This document shows, piece by piece, positions 1 through 10,736 of a stretch of 64,000 bases of DNA; the stretch's first letter is position 1, and every line of letters begins with the position of its first letter. This DNA comes from Octopus bimaculoides (Eukaryota): the NCBI RefSeq assembly GCF_001194135.2, contig NC_068984.1, positions 74,927,234-74,991,233 of the forward strand. The letters run 5' to 3'. The notes beneath the pieces are model-generated. The model was not told the DNA's origin. It did not search any database and saw only the letters and a list, made by a program, of their open reading frames with translations. The position numbers and the translations under genes are program-made.

Positions 1-65
1 CAAAAGCAATGACACTCCACGGTTCATAATTCAAAATGAAATGCATCCTTTTTTTCTTTTAATAG

Positions 66-88
66 ACATAAATGTTTTGCATTACCGT
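66..88 (+). CDS. Candidate micro-exon gene, first visible exon (phase 2 to 1; HKCFALP, possibly the end of a signal peptide)
   Basis: Preceded by CCTTTTTTTCTTTTAATAG and followed by GTAAGC; 23 nt. The phase 2 to 1 reading is the only one that continues stop-free into the downstream phase-1 chain. Confidence 0.45.
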
Positions 89-859
89 GTAAGCAATTTG
101 TTACACTAAGATTTTTATCTCTACGCATTCAGAAAAGCACTACGAATTGACTATTCTACAAATCAATCTATTTAATTATTGCCATGTTGTTGAGTAACAT
201 GTTCAAAATACATATTTCTTATATCCGCTAAAAGTAACTTTCATTGAATTGTTATACAATAGTCATAACATATAGTTCTTTATGGAAAGGAAAACCAGAA
301 TCTTAATGTTAAACCAACACTCTGGTCTAATATCGATAATTGTAATGGCGAAATCTTTTTCATCCACTAAGCATCATTGCGCCTTAGAGTTCAGTATTAT
401 TCTGGTATCTAGATCCCTAATTTCAGTGAATTCTCTTTTGAAATGCAATACTTTCAAAAGAAGAAATTTAGAGATATATACATAGACGTCTACAATATTG
501 AATTGACTCAAACCGCAGAATGATTAGATTCCAATGTCGTGAAACTATTTAAAAACGGCAGCACTGATGCTCCATTGTAATTTACAGGATAAAAGTTTGA
601 CGAATATCATTGTTGACCATTCCCAGTTTACTGTTGAAGTTGTTGATTTTAAGAGACAGGAACTTATAAAGAGTATATCTTTCTTCATGTAAAGGCTGAT
701 TGCATAGATATTACCCGACCTGCACACACATGCACGCGTGTGCATACATACGCGCGCGCGCGCAAACACAGACAGATACAGATACACATATGAAAGCGCG
801 TGGCCTAGTAGTTAGATTATAAAGATGGAACAACCAACATAGTTTCTGAGAATGGACAG

Positions 860-1620
860 GTACAATTTTTTCTAGATGAAGAAGGGCACTGTAACGGATG
901 AAGTAGGTATTTTCTTGGCAAATAATGAGATAAGGTAGTTATAAGTAAGTGGTAGAATAATTAAGCTTAGAATAGTCATAAACAACATGACTTTGAAATA
1001 TATGCTACAATCAGAATTGACAGATGAACAAAAGGGCCGCTTTTGTGAGGTCTTCTTTCAGAATATCTTGATCATGCATGATAACGAATACATTACTATG
1101 GTTGAGGATTTTCATGGACATGTTGGGAAACACCATGATAGTTAGGTACTTCGACATGTATGAAGTCTATAGAAATGGAACGAGGAATACGAAGAATCAA
1201 GTCGGAGTTTTGTGTCGCAAACTGCTAAATCATTTTCAAATTAACTCCAGAAAAATAACCAGCCATCCGATCGCGTGCTACTCTGTTTCTGTGTGCCAAA
1301 CAGTCTTCGTCGTTACTAAGAAATGATACAGAATATATAGAGGATTGGGAATAATGCGTCTTTTCTTGGTGAAGAATGTACTGCTCAACATAGATTAGTG
1401 AATTCGGAGTTCAGAGTACAGACACTTCGGAATCTTGGCGTAAGAAAGTATGGAAACAGAAACATCCTTCTGCTAAACATAGGCTCTGAGAGGTTCTAAG
1501 TGAAGCGTATAGCAAAAACGGAGGTAGAGATAGGGACTAAAAGCATAGAGATAGAGAACAACTAAGAGTATTCTCGAGACACGCTACATCCGGGCACTGA
1601 TATATCCACGATTGGAACAA
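860..1620 (+). mobile_element. Degraded RTE-clade LINE, AP-endonuclease fragment
   Basis: Interrupted plus-strand translation GTVTDEVGIFLAN...VEDFHGHVGKHH...GEECTAQHRLVNSEFRVQ resembles RTE endonuclease motifs (GDFNGHVG, EEC..QHRLV); contains in-frame stops. Confidence 0.65.
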
Positions 1621-1892
1621 GATACAAACTGTGATCTAATTGGATGCCAGATTTAATCCATTGCTCGGTTTAGTTTAACACCATCACCTGATACTTTGGC
1701 TGCCTTTAACATAATCCATTCTGTGGCAAGCATTCGAGCCAGGATTCCTGTTTAAGGATACCTTCTTTCCTCCCATCTTCCCATCAGTATCAGAGGACTT
1801 TTAAGAGTCCTCCCTACTGACTAAAAGATGAAAAAATAAAAACAACTATCTTCATTTTCAGAATTAACTTGTTTTATTTCTTCCATTTCTAG

Positions 1893-1928
1893 GTATTACC
1901 AACACTTCTGGAGCAGCAAAAACAGAGA
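1893..1928 (+). CDS. Candidate micro-exon (36 nt, phase 1-1; ITNTSGAAKTE)
   Basis: TTTTATTTCTTCCATTTCTAG acceptor, GTAAGT donor, open in phase 1. Confidence 0.65.
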
Positions 1929-2379
1929 GTAAGTTAATGTTTTATCTATACTTTTCATTCAAAATCATGATCTTAATTACCTTATATTAACAAAAGATGA
2001 CCTTATCGTAAAGATACCGATAGTTACGCCATTAGACACGAATGTTTTTGTTCTTCAACGACTCTTTCACTGTTTCCTGAGATCAAGACATTCTACAATG
2101 CTTTCCATGTACGTAGCCATCTTTCTAGAGAGATAACAGTTGCCTGTTTCTTACAAACGCTGAAATTATTTCTGATTGAGAAGTTACAACGCGGTAACAT
2201 GTCGTTCATTATGTGAAGCAGAGATCGGAGTTGATGGTAAATGGAAGTCTCATATTGATCATTGGGTGAATGTCTCAAGAGTCATTGTGAGGTTAATTAA
2301 TTATTATACTGGCGTAAAACTTCAGAATAATGCATTCGTTCTCTAGCTCTACTTAGTTCTAACTATGTAATCTTTTCTG

Positions 2380-2850
2380 CTCTAGATGCAAGGCCTGAAA
2401 TTTAGGGGCGAGGATAAGTCGATTATATAAACCCCAGTGCTCAACTGGTACTTGTTTTATTGACACCAAAGAGGAAAGTCGATATTGGAAGAATTTGAAC
2501 TTAGAACAAATACGCGCGAAATACCACTAAGCATTTTGTTACGCGTGCTAACGATGCTGCCAGCTCGGAGCACCGTTGTATAATCCTTTCTACTATAGAC
2601 ACAAGGTCTGAAATTTTTAGGGATGGGACTAGTCGATTACATCGACCCAGTGTTTTACTGGTACTTAATTTTCTAGATGAAGAAGAGCACTGTAACGGAT
2701 GAAGTAGGTATTTTCTTGGCAAATTATCGACCCCGAAAGGATAAAAGGCAAAGTCGACCTGGGTGGAATTTGAAATCAGAACGTAGCGACGTGCGAAATA
2801 CCGCTAAGCATTTCGTCCAGCGTGCTAACTATTCTGCCAGCTCGCCGCCT
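2380..2850 (-). mobile_element. Two tandem SINE family A copies (OK-like tRNA-derived SINE)
   Basis: Reverse-complement match to the intact copy at 28248-28482 (AAAGGCAAAGTCGACC...GCCAGCTCGCCGCC). The second copy carries an insertion of about 55 nt. Confidence 0.8.
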
Positions 2851-3106
2851 TAGAGCATCGTTATATAATGGTACAGTAAAACTTCGTCATATCGCGGTTC
2901 ACCTATCGCGGTTCACNNNNNNNNNNNNNNNNNNNNNNNNNNNNNNNNNNNNNNNNNNNNNNNNNNNNNNNNNNNNNNNNNNNNNNNNNNNNNNNNNNNN
3001 NNNNNNNNNNNNNNNNNNNNNNNNNNNNNNNNNNNNNNNNNNNNNNNNNNNNNNNNNNNNNNNNNNNNNNNNNNNNNNNNNNNNNNNNNNNNNNNNNNNT
3101 TAATGA

Positions 3107-3215
3107 TTTGTTGTTGTTGTTGTTGTTGTTGTTGTTCTTCTTCTTCTTCTTCTTCTTCTTCTTCTTCTTCTTCTTCTTCTTCTTCTTCTTCTTCTTCTTC
3201 TTCCTCCTCCTCCTC
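3107..3215. repeat. Compound microsatellite (TTG)n(TTC)n(CTC)n
   Basis: Directly visible; explains the poly-E/Q and poly-R/T pseudo-ORFs. Confidence 0.95.
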
Positions 3216-3339
3216 TGGTAATTGTCTTTTCATTGCTGTAAGTCAACTCTGACGAAGCAAATCTATCGAAAAAAGACGCCCAAGTCAAGAAAAAAATGTT
3301 CTTTTGATTTTCCACACACATACACACAATCTATATATA

Positions 3340-3704
3340 TATTCTTTCACTCTTTTACTCTTCTACTTGTTTCAGTCATTTGACTGCGGCCATGCTAGAG
3401 CACTACCTATTAGACGAACGAATCGACCCTCAGGACTTATTCTTTGCAAGCCAAGTACTTATCCTATCGGTTTCTTTTGCCGAACCGCAAAGTTACGGGG
3501 ACATAAAAACACCAACATCGGCTGTCAAGCGATGGTGGGGGGGGGGACAAACACAGAAACACAAACATACACATATATACACATATATATATACGACGGG
3601 CTTCTTTCAGTTTCCATCTACCAAATCCACTCACAAAGCTTTGGTCGGCTCGAGGCTATTGTAGAAGACACTTGCCCAAGGTGTCACGCAATGGGACTGA
3701 ACCN
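3340..3704 (-). mobile_element. SINE family C (CORE-like central block, internal CA/TA microsatellite)
   Basis: Recurrent blocks TTGTTTCAGTCATTTGACTGCGGCCATGCT...AAATCCACTCACAAAGCTTTGGTCGG...GACACTTGCCCAAGG. Related copies near 6780-7110, 10520-10730, 31250-31690, 40405-40540, 43010-43570, 46980-47520 and 56200-56830. Confidence 0.8.
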
Positions 3705-4559
3705 NNNNNNNNNNNNNNNNNNNNNNNNNNNNNNNNNNNNNNNNNNNNNNNNNNNNNNNNNNNNNNNNNNNNNNNNNNNNNNNNNNNNNNNNNNNNNNNN
3801 NNNNNNNNNNNNNNNNNNNNNNNNNNNNNNNNNNNNNNNNNNNNNNNNNNNNNNNNNNNNNNNNNNNNNNNNNNNNNNNNNNNNNNNNNNNNNNNNNNNN
3901 NNNNNNNNNNNNNNNNNNNNNNNNNNNNNNNNNNNNNNNNNNNNNNNNNNNNNNNNNNNNNNNNNNNNNNNNNNNNNNNNNNNNNNNNNNNNNNNNNNNN
4001 NNNNNNNNNNNNNNNNNNNNNNNNNNNNNNNNNNNNNNNNNNNNNNNNNNNNNNNNNNNNNNNNNNNNNNNNNNNNNNNNNNNNNNNNNNNNNNNNNNNN
4101 NNNNNNNNNNNNNNNNNNNNNNNNNNNNNNNNNNNNNNNNNNNNNNNNNATATATATATATATATATATACTTGAAAACCAAGAGGAGAATGGAGATTTA
4201 TTCACATCCAAAACTTTTTTAATAAAACGTTTTCTACAGCATATAAAATAAAAATGACCAACATATGTTTCTACTGCAACAGCTCATTTCTTTGTATGTC
4301 ATTATGCATCGTAATCGCTGTAATTTCATCAAGGGTTCATCACTTACGACGTTTTCAAAGTGAACTAATTCACACAAGTTTCCTGCGTTGATATTCAGTT
4401 TGAGGTTATAGCGTTACTTTCTGAATCGAATTGAATACTAATCACCTCTACTGCTATTACAGTTGAATCGTGGTTCTAAAATGTTCATTGATATTACAGT
4501 TAATTGTAGAAGTTTTGTTTACATTTTACTGTATGGAGTACATTATTCAGTTAATATCA

Positions 4560-4567
4560 TTGTTATT

Positions 4568-4635
<68 letters not shown>
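4560..4635. repeat. (ATT)n microsatellite
   Basis: Directly visible. Confidence 0.95.
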
Positions 4636-4637
<2 letters not shown>

Positions 4638-4744
4638 TTACTAGTAGTATTTACATGAATATCATTAATTATCACAATCATTATTTTAACTAGTATAATT
4701 ACTATAGATGGTAAGTTATTTTTATTTAAATCGTTTAAATGTAT

Positions 4745-6640
4745 ATTTTGTCCAGTGTGGACATCTCGTAGCATGTTCTATTCTAGTGTTTATAAGAGTA
4801 AATTTAGAAGTGAACATTTAGCACATTTCTTCTGCACAAAAGTCACATATATTATCACTATTCTATATGGTTTTGCCTTACTAATTATTTCTCAAGGAAT
4901 GGAAAATACTTTTTTACTACTTGTTAGTGCCCAAATTAGCTTACCAAGGCTGGTAGCATTCATTGTGTTCCTATTTCTAAACAAACTTAAATGATTGGCA
5001 ATTCTTTGCTTAATATAACATGAGTTAGCTTCTATATATAAAATACTCACTATTCTCTGAGGTAATCTTACATCTGTATACGATATTTTTATGCCTACAA
5101 TTAGAGTTAAGCGGTCAGACCCTGTTCCTTGCACAATAGCATTTAATAGTTCTACTACTTCTATTAACAGTATCCGCTTCACGTTCTCAAGATGTAATTT
5201 CTATATTTTTCTGCCTATCTTCTAAGCTATTAGTCTTTTGCACATAGACAGCATTCTGAGTGCTCTGCTTTTAGGATTCACATCTTTTTCTTCCAGGCGA
5301 ATGGGGGAGTTCACTCGGGTCTTTTCTATTTTATTGGTTGTCAAACCAGAGTTCCTATCCTGATACCTAATTCTGTTACTTATGGTTTGTTCGCTCATGT
5401 TGACATTGTTGATATTTATTGATCTATAATTATAATTCGGGCTACTATTATTGCTATTGTTCATATGGAAACTGTTAAATTTACTAGTGTTGTGTGTTGC
5501 TATAAATTGTGATAAATTTTTGCTTTTAGGAAAAGTTAATCTATGTTATTAAAATTCTATAGTATTTACTGTCTTTTGGAAAATGTTTGGTCAATGCCAT
5601 ATAAAACAATTTTGGTATATTGGAAATAATTTGTTTTCCAAAAGGAATTATATACAATTCGATACAACTAGAGGTATTTATGTTATTGAGGTATATATTT
5701 CTATTTCGACCTAAACTTTTTGTAAAAGTGTGTAATCTATTTATTTGGTTCTTATTACGACATTGGGTTTGTTTGCTTTTATATTTGTCATTATATGTTA
5801 TATGTGTCAGTTATTTGTATCGTATTATTTACAGAGCTTATGTATTGTTTACCTCCCCTATTTGAATAGGACTTCTTAGTAGGTCCATTCATATTTAAGC
5901 CACTCTGTTCTTTATTTGGCACAGATTCATGTAAATTTCTACTCTTCTTTTTGTTTCTAGGTACTCTGTTGTTATATTCTAATTGCACAGACTTCCTATT
6001 TTTAACTCTTCCTACTATCCGTTCTTTTTGGTTAGTGGTGTTCTTCATATTATGCATACTATTTTGATTATTGTCGGGATGGTCCATCCCATTACTTATT
6101 TTTATTATTACTACTACTAAAGAATTTTAATTTTTCTCTAAATCCCACCTTCTCTAATGCTAAATTATGAAAGTCCTCATTTAGTTTAAATACTTCTTCG
6201 TTCGCTTGAGAGGTTAGTAATGCGGATTGTTATATTTTCTACTGTAGATTAGGTTATACTTTTTGAGTGATTGCTATTTTTATGAATGCGTCTAAGGTTC
6301 GTATTGGATGTATGGTATGGCCTGTATATACCTGTATTTAAATCTAAATTAACATCAAGAAAGTTACCTGAGTTATGCTCCTCTTCTATTGATATTTGAA
6401 GTCCTGTGTTTTTAATGAACCTAAAACATTTTTACTAGATTTTCCTGTGTCCCCATTTGAGGGGTTAAACAGGGGGAAAATAGTATCATCCCTGTATAGA
6501 CCCCTCCTATTTCAGGAAGTTCTTTATACGGGCAGAATAAAATGTACATCCCTACTAGGTTCGTTACCTGTGAAGAGTCTGTCGACCCCATAGTTAAATT
6601 GAATATCTCTGGTCTAACCTTTATATATCATTTTTTCAGT
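4745..6640 (-). mobile_element. Penelope-like retroelement (RT plus GIY-YIG endonuclease), degraded
   Basis: Minus-strand translation gives LTMGSTDSSQVTNLVG, YRDD (6485-6496) and NFLDVNLDLNTGIYRPYH. The C-terminal stretch YIEANSCYIKQRIANHLSLFRNRN...SLGKLIWAL...WEIISKAKPY is typical of the Penelope GIY-YIG domain. Confidence 0.8.
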
Positions 6641-6731
6641 CTGCGAAGAAATGACTAAAATTTCTGTTTATAATTACACCATATGTTACCCATATATATA
6701 TATATATATATTTACATATGTGTGTGTGTCT

Positions 6732-6763
<32 letters not shown>

Positions 6764-8100
6764 ACATACATATATATGTATACACGACGAGTTTCGTGTA
6801 CCAAATCCACTCACAAGGCTTTGGTGCACACGAGTTTATAATAAAAACACTTGCCCAAGATATGACACAGTGGGACTGAACTGAAGATCTCATTGTTGTG
6901 TGTGTGTGTGTCTGTGTTTGTCTACCCCACCACTGTTTACAACCGGTATTGGTGTGTTTACGTCTCTGTTACCAGCGGTTCGACAAAAGAGATCGATTGA
7001 ATAAGTACCAGGCTTTAAAAAAGTATTAGGATCGATTCATTCGATTAAAAATTCTTCAAGGCGATGCCCCAGCATGGCCACAGTCTAATGACTGAAACAA
7101 GTAAAAGGTAAAAGATAAACACTAACCAATACAGAATTTTCATTCCTTCACATCAATTATGCATACTCAGACAAACAATGAAGAACTAGGTTGAAGGTCC
7201 TGACTCCATCAACTCAGAACTTAATTTTTAGCAGCGTTATCAACAGCAGTAGAATAAAGCAACTCCATCATATTATTGATGCATTTTTTAAAACAAAAGG
7301 GTTATGAATGTCTGAATTTACCACGGAAATTTTTCAGTATTTAAACTCAAACCAGACTTTAATACAAGAAATTTCCTCTAGAACTCAGTTATTAATGCTA
7401 ATTTATCGACCAAATTGGCAGAGTTGTTAGAGCATCGGACAAAATGCTTAGTGGCATTTCTTTCCGGCGTTACGTTCTGGTTCAAATTCCGGTGAGATCG
7501 ATTTTGTATTTCATCCTTTCCGGGTCGATAAAGTAAGTAGCAGTTGAGTGCTGAAGTTGATGTAATGGACTGGCCTTCTTCTCTAAAAAATTCAGTCCTT
7601 GAGCAGAAAGGAAAAAAAGATTATTGACCTAGCAAAATAAAATAGTGCTGTCTTTTGTGACGTGGCCACGAAACACCAATAGTGACGAATAGGAATTGTG
7701 ATTGTAGTATTTTTTTTTTCTCATGACATAAATGGTGCAATTGAAGTAAAATATTTTCAATCAGGAACTGATTCCTTATTGTAGTCATAACTTATTGCAA
7801 TAATATATATTTGTCTACGAAAATATCTGTTTCCGTTAAAGGTTAAAGTCCGTTGGTTCTATTAATTTACTTTTTATAATTTTAATATCCAAAAAGATGA
7901 AATGCAAAATTGATTCCGGTGGAGCAGGAACTCAGAACGTAAAAAGGCTTGCTAAAATAAATAAATAAAATAAAATTGTCCGCTGTATTTATTGTGATAC
8001 TCTACCGATTCTGTTACCATTATTAACGGAATATTTCTTATTTGTTATTATATCTTTGTTTTAACAACTAACTTATAATGTAATTCTTTTTCAATTCTAG

Positions 8101-8133
8101 ATATAACTGCTGCTGCTGCTGCTGTTTCAGAGG
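8101..8133 (+). CDS. Candidate micro-exon (33 nt, phase 1-1; ITAAAAAVSE)
   Basis: TAATTCTTTTTCAATTCTAG acceptor, GTAAGT donor. Phase 0 has a stop and phase 1 is open; contains (GCT)5. Confidence 0.65.
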
Positions 8134-8149
8134 GTAAGTTGATACGCGT

Positions 8150-8194
<45 letters not shown>

Positions 8195-8389
8195 TCATAT
8201 GGCAGTCTTATATAATGTGTCTGTGTGTGCTTGAGAAAGAAAACGAGAGAGGGGAGACAGACAGACAGACAAAAAGTGAGACAGAGACTGACAGACAGAC
8301 AAACAGATAAACAGACAAAAATGTGGGGAATGAAGTCAATAAGGCTAATGTTTACCTTGAACATATGTAGGTTCATAACTGCAGATAAC

Positions 8390-8880
8390 ACTCGGGCCGA
8401 GGCACAGTTTTAGATGGTTGCAGTTCTGGAAAGTGTGGAATAAGAAAAATATTTAGTGAGGAATATCTTCATGGGTAGCCGAAATATTCTTACGCTATCA
8501 ATGAGCTGTGTCGAGGCCATGAACGTCTATCATAGATTTTGTAATGTATCTGAGATAGCGTTATACATGTGAGATTACTAAGATATTTCATTGCAGATTG
8601 TAAGATTTAGGATTTGGAGGTACCTTGGTGGGTGAACTTTAATTGTGTGTTTCGCAAATGTAAAGACAGAAAAGTTCATAGCTATTTTCTTTACAATATA
8701 TAGTCAATGTGTCTATTTGTTCTTTAAAGAAATCAAATTGTCCCAAATTAAAGAAATTTCTTTAATGATCACTCGGATTAGTAACAAGCAGAGTTTGTGT
8801 CTTTTTAGATATATCGTTGGGTTCGTTGATGAGTATTGCAGTTGTTTGGTTAACTGAACTGCCTATCTATTGAACTTAGT
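8390..8880 (-). mobile_element. Possible old Penelope-like fragment
   Basis: Minus-strand FFKEQIDTLTIYCKENSY resembles the Penelope RT thumb region; otherwise heavily degraded. Confidence 0.3.
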
Positions 8881-9254
8881 GGGTAAGGAGCAGTATATTC
8901 CACACATACTTCTAATATCAACGTAATTCTTGAGAGGTATCAGCGTGGCAGTGTGCAATAAGGGTGGACCTTTGAACTACATGTACAATGCCAACATCTG
9001 ACAGGTTACCAGTCCCTGACTATTCACTCATTCACAAGGTTTGGGTCGAACTGAAATTAAAAGTAGAAAAGCTTTGCCCGTAGTGTCACGCAGTTTTCTT
9101 GAACTCACGTCCTATGATGGTGAAGCAAACTTCTTAGCAATTTTGTCATGCCTGCATTTAGTGTTGTGCCCTAGTGGACAGTTATTACAAGGAAAATAAT
9201 TATTTCGTCATTATCTCTTTATTAAGTTTATATTTTTCATGTATTCTTTATTAG

Positions 9255-9299
9255 CTTTTTACAATTGGTTTGAAACAGCAGAATTCCTAAAACTTGAAC
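9255..9299 (+). CDS. Weak optional micro-exon (45 nt, phase 1-1; FYNWFETAEFLKLE)
   Basis: Good acceptor (TTTTTCATGTATTCTTTATTAG), length divisible by 3 and open in phase 1, but the donor GTAGTC is weak. Confidence 0.25.
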
Positions 9300-9659
9300 G
9301 TAGTCGAGTATTTAATGAAACATTTATACGTGCGCGCGCGCGCGTGTATGTGTGTGTGCAGAATAAACTGGGCCAATGAGGGAGTGCTAGAATTGTGAAA
9401 AGAATGGATCATGCAAAGTGCTTAGTGTGGAATTCGACAGAGGTGAGAGATCAAGGCATTAACAGACCTGAGCCAATAGTAGGAGACGCCCAAGCTGGGG
9501 CTTCAAACTACTGACCCATGTAGTGGCAAAGCACATTTATTTTCGGTATTATCCGATTTATTTAAGTTAGACTTTCAAAACCTTTAGGGCACGTCTATAA
9601 TTTCAATTTTGCATTGCTTCTTCCAGTTAATATGCAACGTTATTGTCTTTGTAAGGAAA

Positions 9660-10125
9660 GAACTAATATTGGTTTTAAATTTTGGCACACGGCCAGTAAT
9701 AAAAGGCAAAGTCGACTTCAGCGGAATATGAACTCAGAACATAAAGACAGACGAAATGCCGTTAAGTGTTTTGCCTGGAGTGTTAACGATTCTGCCAGCT
9801 CACCGTTTTAAAGCAAGAACTAATATTGGTTTCAAATTTTGGCACAAGGACAGCAATTTCGGGGAGTGGGTAAGTCGATTGCATCGACTCCAATGCTCAA
9901 CTGGTACATATTTTATCAATCCACCTCGATGGAATTTGAACTCATAACGTAGAGACGGATGAAATGCCGCTAAGCATTTTGCCCAGCGTGCTAACGATTC
10001 TGCTAGTTCCCCGCCTTAAAAGGTAAGTCGACCTCGGTGAAATATGAACTCAGAACGTAAACGAGATTACCTGAATGTTTCGTCCAGAGTGCTAACGATT
10101 CCGCCAGCTCGCTGTTAGAGGCAAG
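9660..10125 (-). mobile_element. Head-to-tail multimer of SINE family A
   Basis: Three successive copies of the GAACTCAGAAC...GATTC(T/C)GCCAGCTC block; the linker G(C/G)AAGAACTAATA recurs at about 9657, 9813 and 10122. Confidence 0.8.
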
Positions 10126-10736
10126 AACTAATAATGGTTGTTAAAATAGGTAAAAGTTTTGACGCTTTTGTAAGCTAATGATTAATATTGATTTATAATC
10201 TAGGTCAAAGGCTACCTTTCTTTTAGTTAGGGTATAACTGATTTAATCAACACCTCCCCCCACACCTAAACTTTGCCGGTGCTTACTTTCGATAATCCGT
10301 CGGAGTTTAAGATGACTACGTAAACAGCTGTAACTAAATACTCTCAGGCATTTCGTTCGACGCTCTACAGATTCTGTTTCTGCATTATCTTATATTGCTT
10401 ATGATACATTATTTCATGTCGATTTTATTATTAGAAAGGTTTTATGTTATTTCTTCTAATTCTACAAAATGGCACGGATACAGCTGTTTCTGAGAAAGCT
10501 TCAAATGGTTGAGTTGATATATATCTTCTACTGGTTTCAGTTATTGATTACTGACCATGCTGGGGCACCACAATTAAGGGTTTAATCGAAAAAATTGCCC
10601 CCCCCCCGACCCGCCTCCTATTTTAAAGTCTGCTAAGTAGGGGATGGAAACACTCCAACACCAATTGCCAAGCGGTGGTAGAGGATGAACACAGACACGC
10701 GTGCATACACACACACACACACACGACAAGTAAGTC

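Noticed and set aside
873-899. AG...GTAGGT-bounded 27-nt segment (also copied near 2677-2703) as a micro-exon
   Set aside because: It has a TGA in phase 1 and is explained as part of the RTE endonuclease remnant.
2050-2290. Possible CR1/L2 RT fragment (SLLHIMNDML)
   Set aside because: Similarity is too weak to call.
2822-4251. Long ORFs in the supplied track (also 12860-13321, 16570-17149, 24567-24894, 46221-46854, 61063-62103)
   Set aside because: Artefacts of N gaps and microsatellites.
4708-4710. TATAG|ATG|GTAAGT as a 3-nt micro-exon
   Set aside because: There is no real pyrimidine tract and it sits at the end of a Penelope element; it cannot be supported from sequence alone.
10482-10505. 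Possible 24-nt phase-1 exon (AVSEKASN)
   Set aside because: Purine-rich acceptor context and a poor GTTGAG donor.
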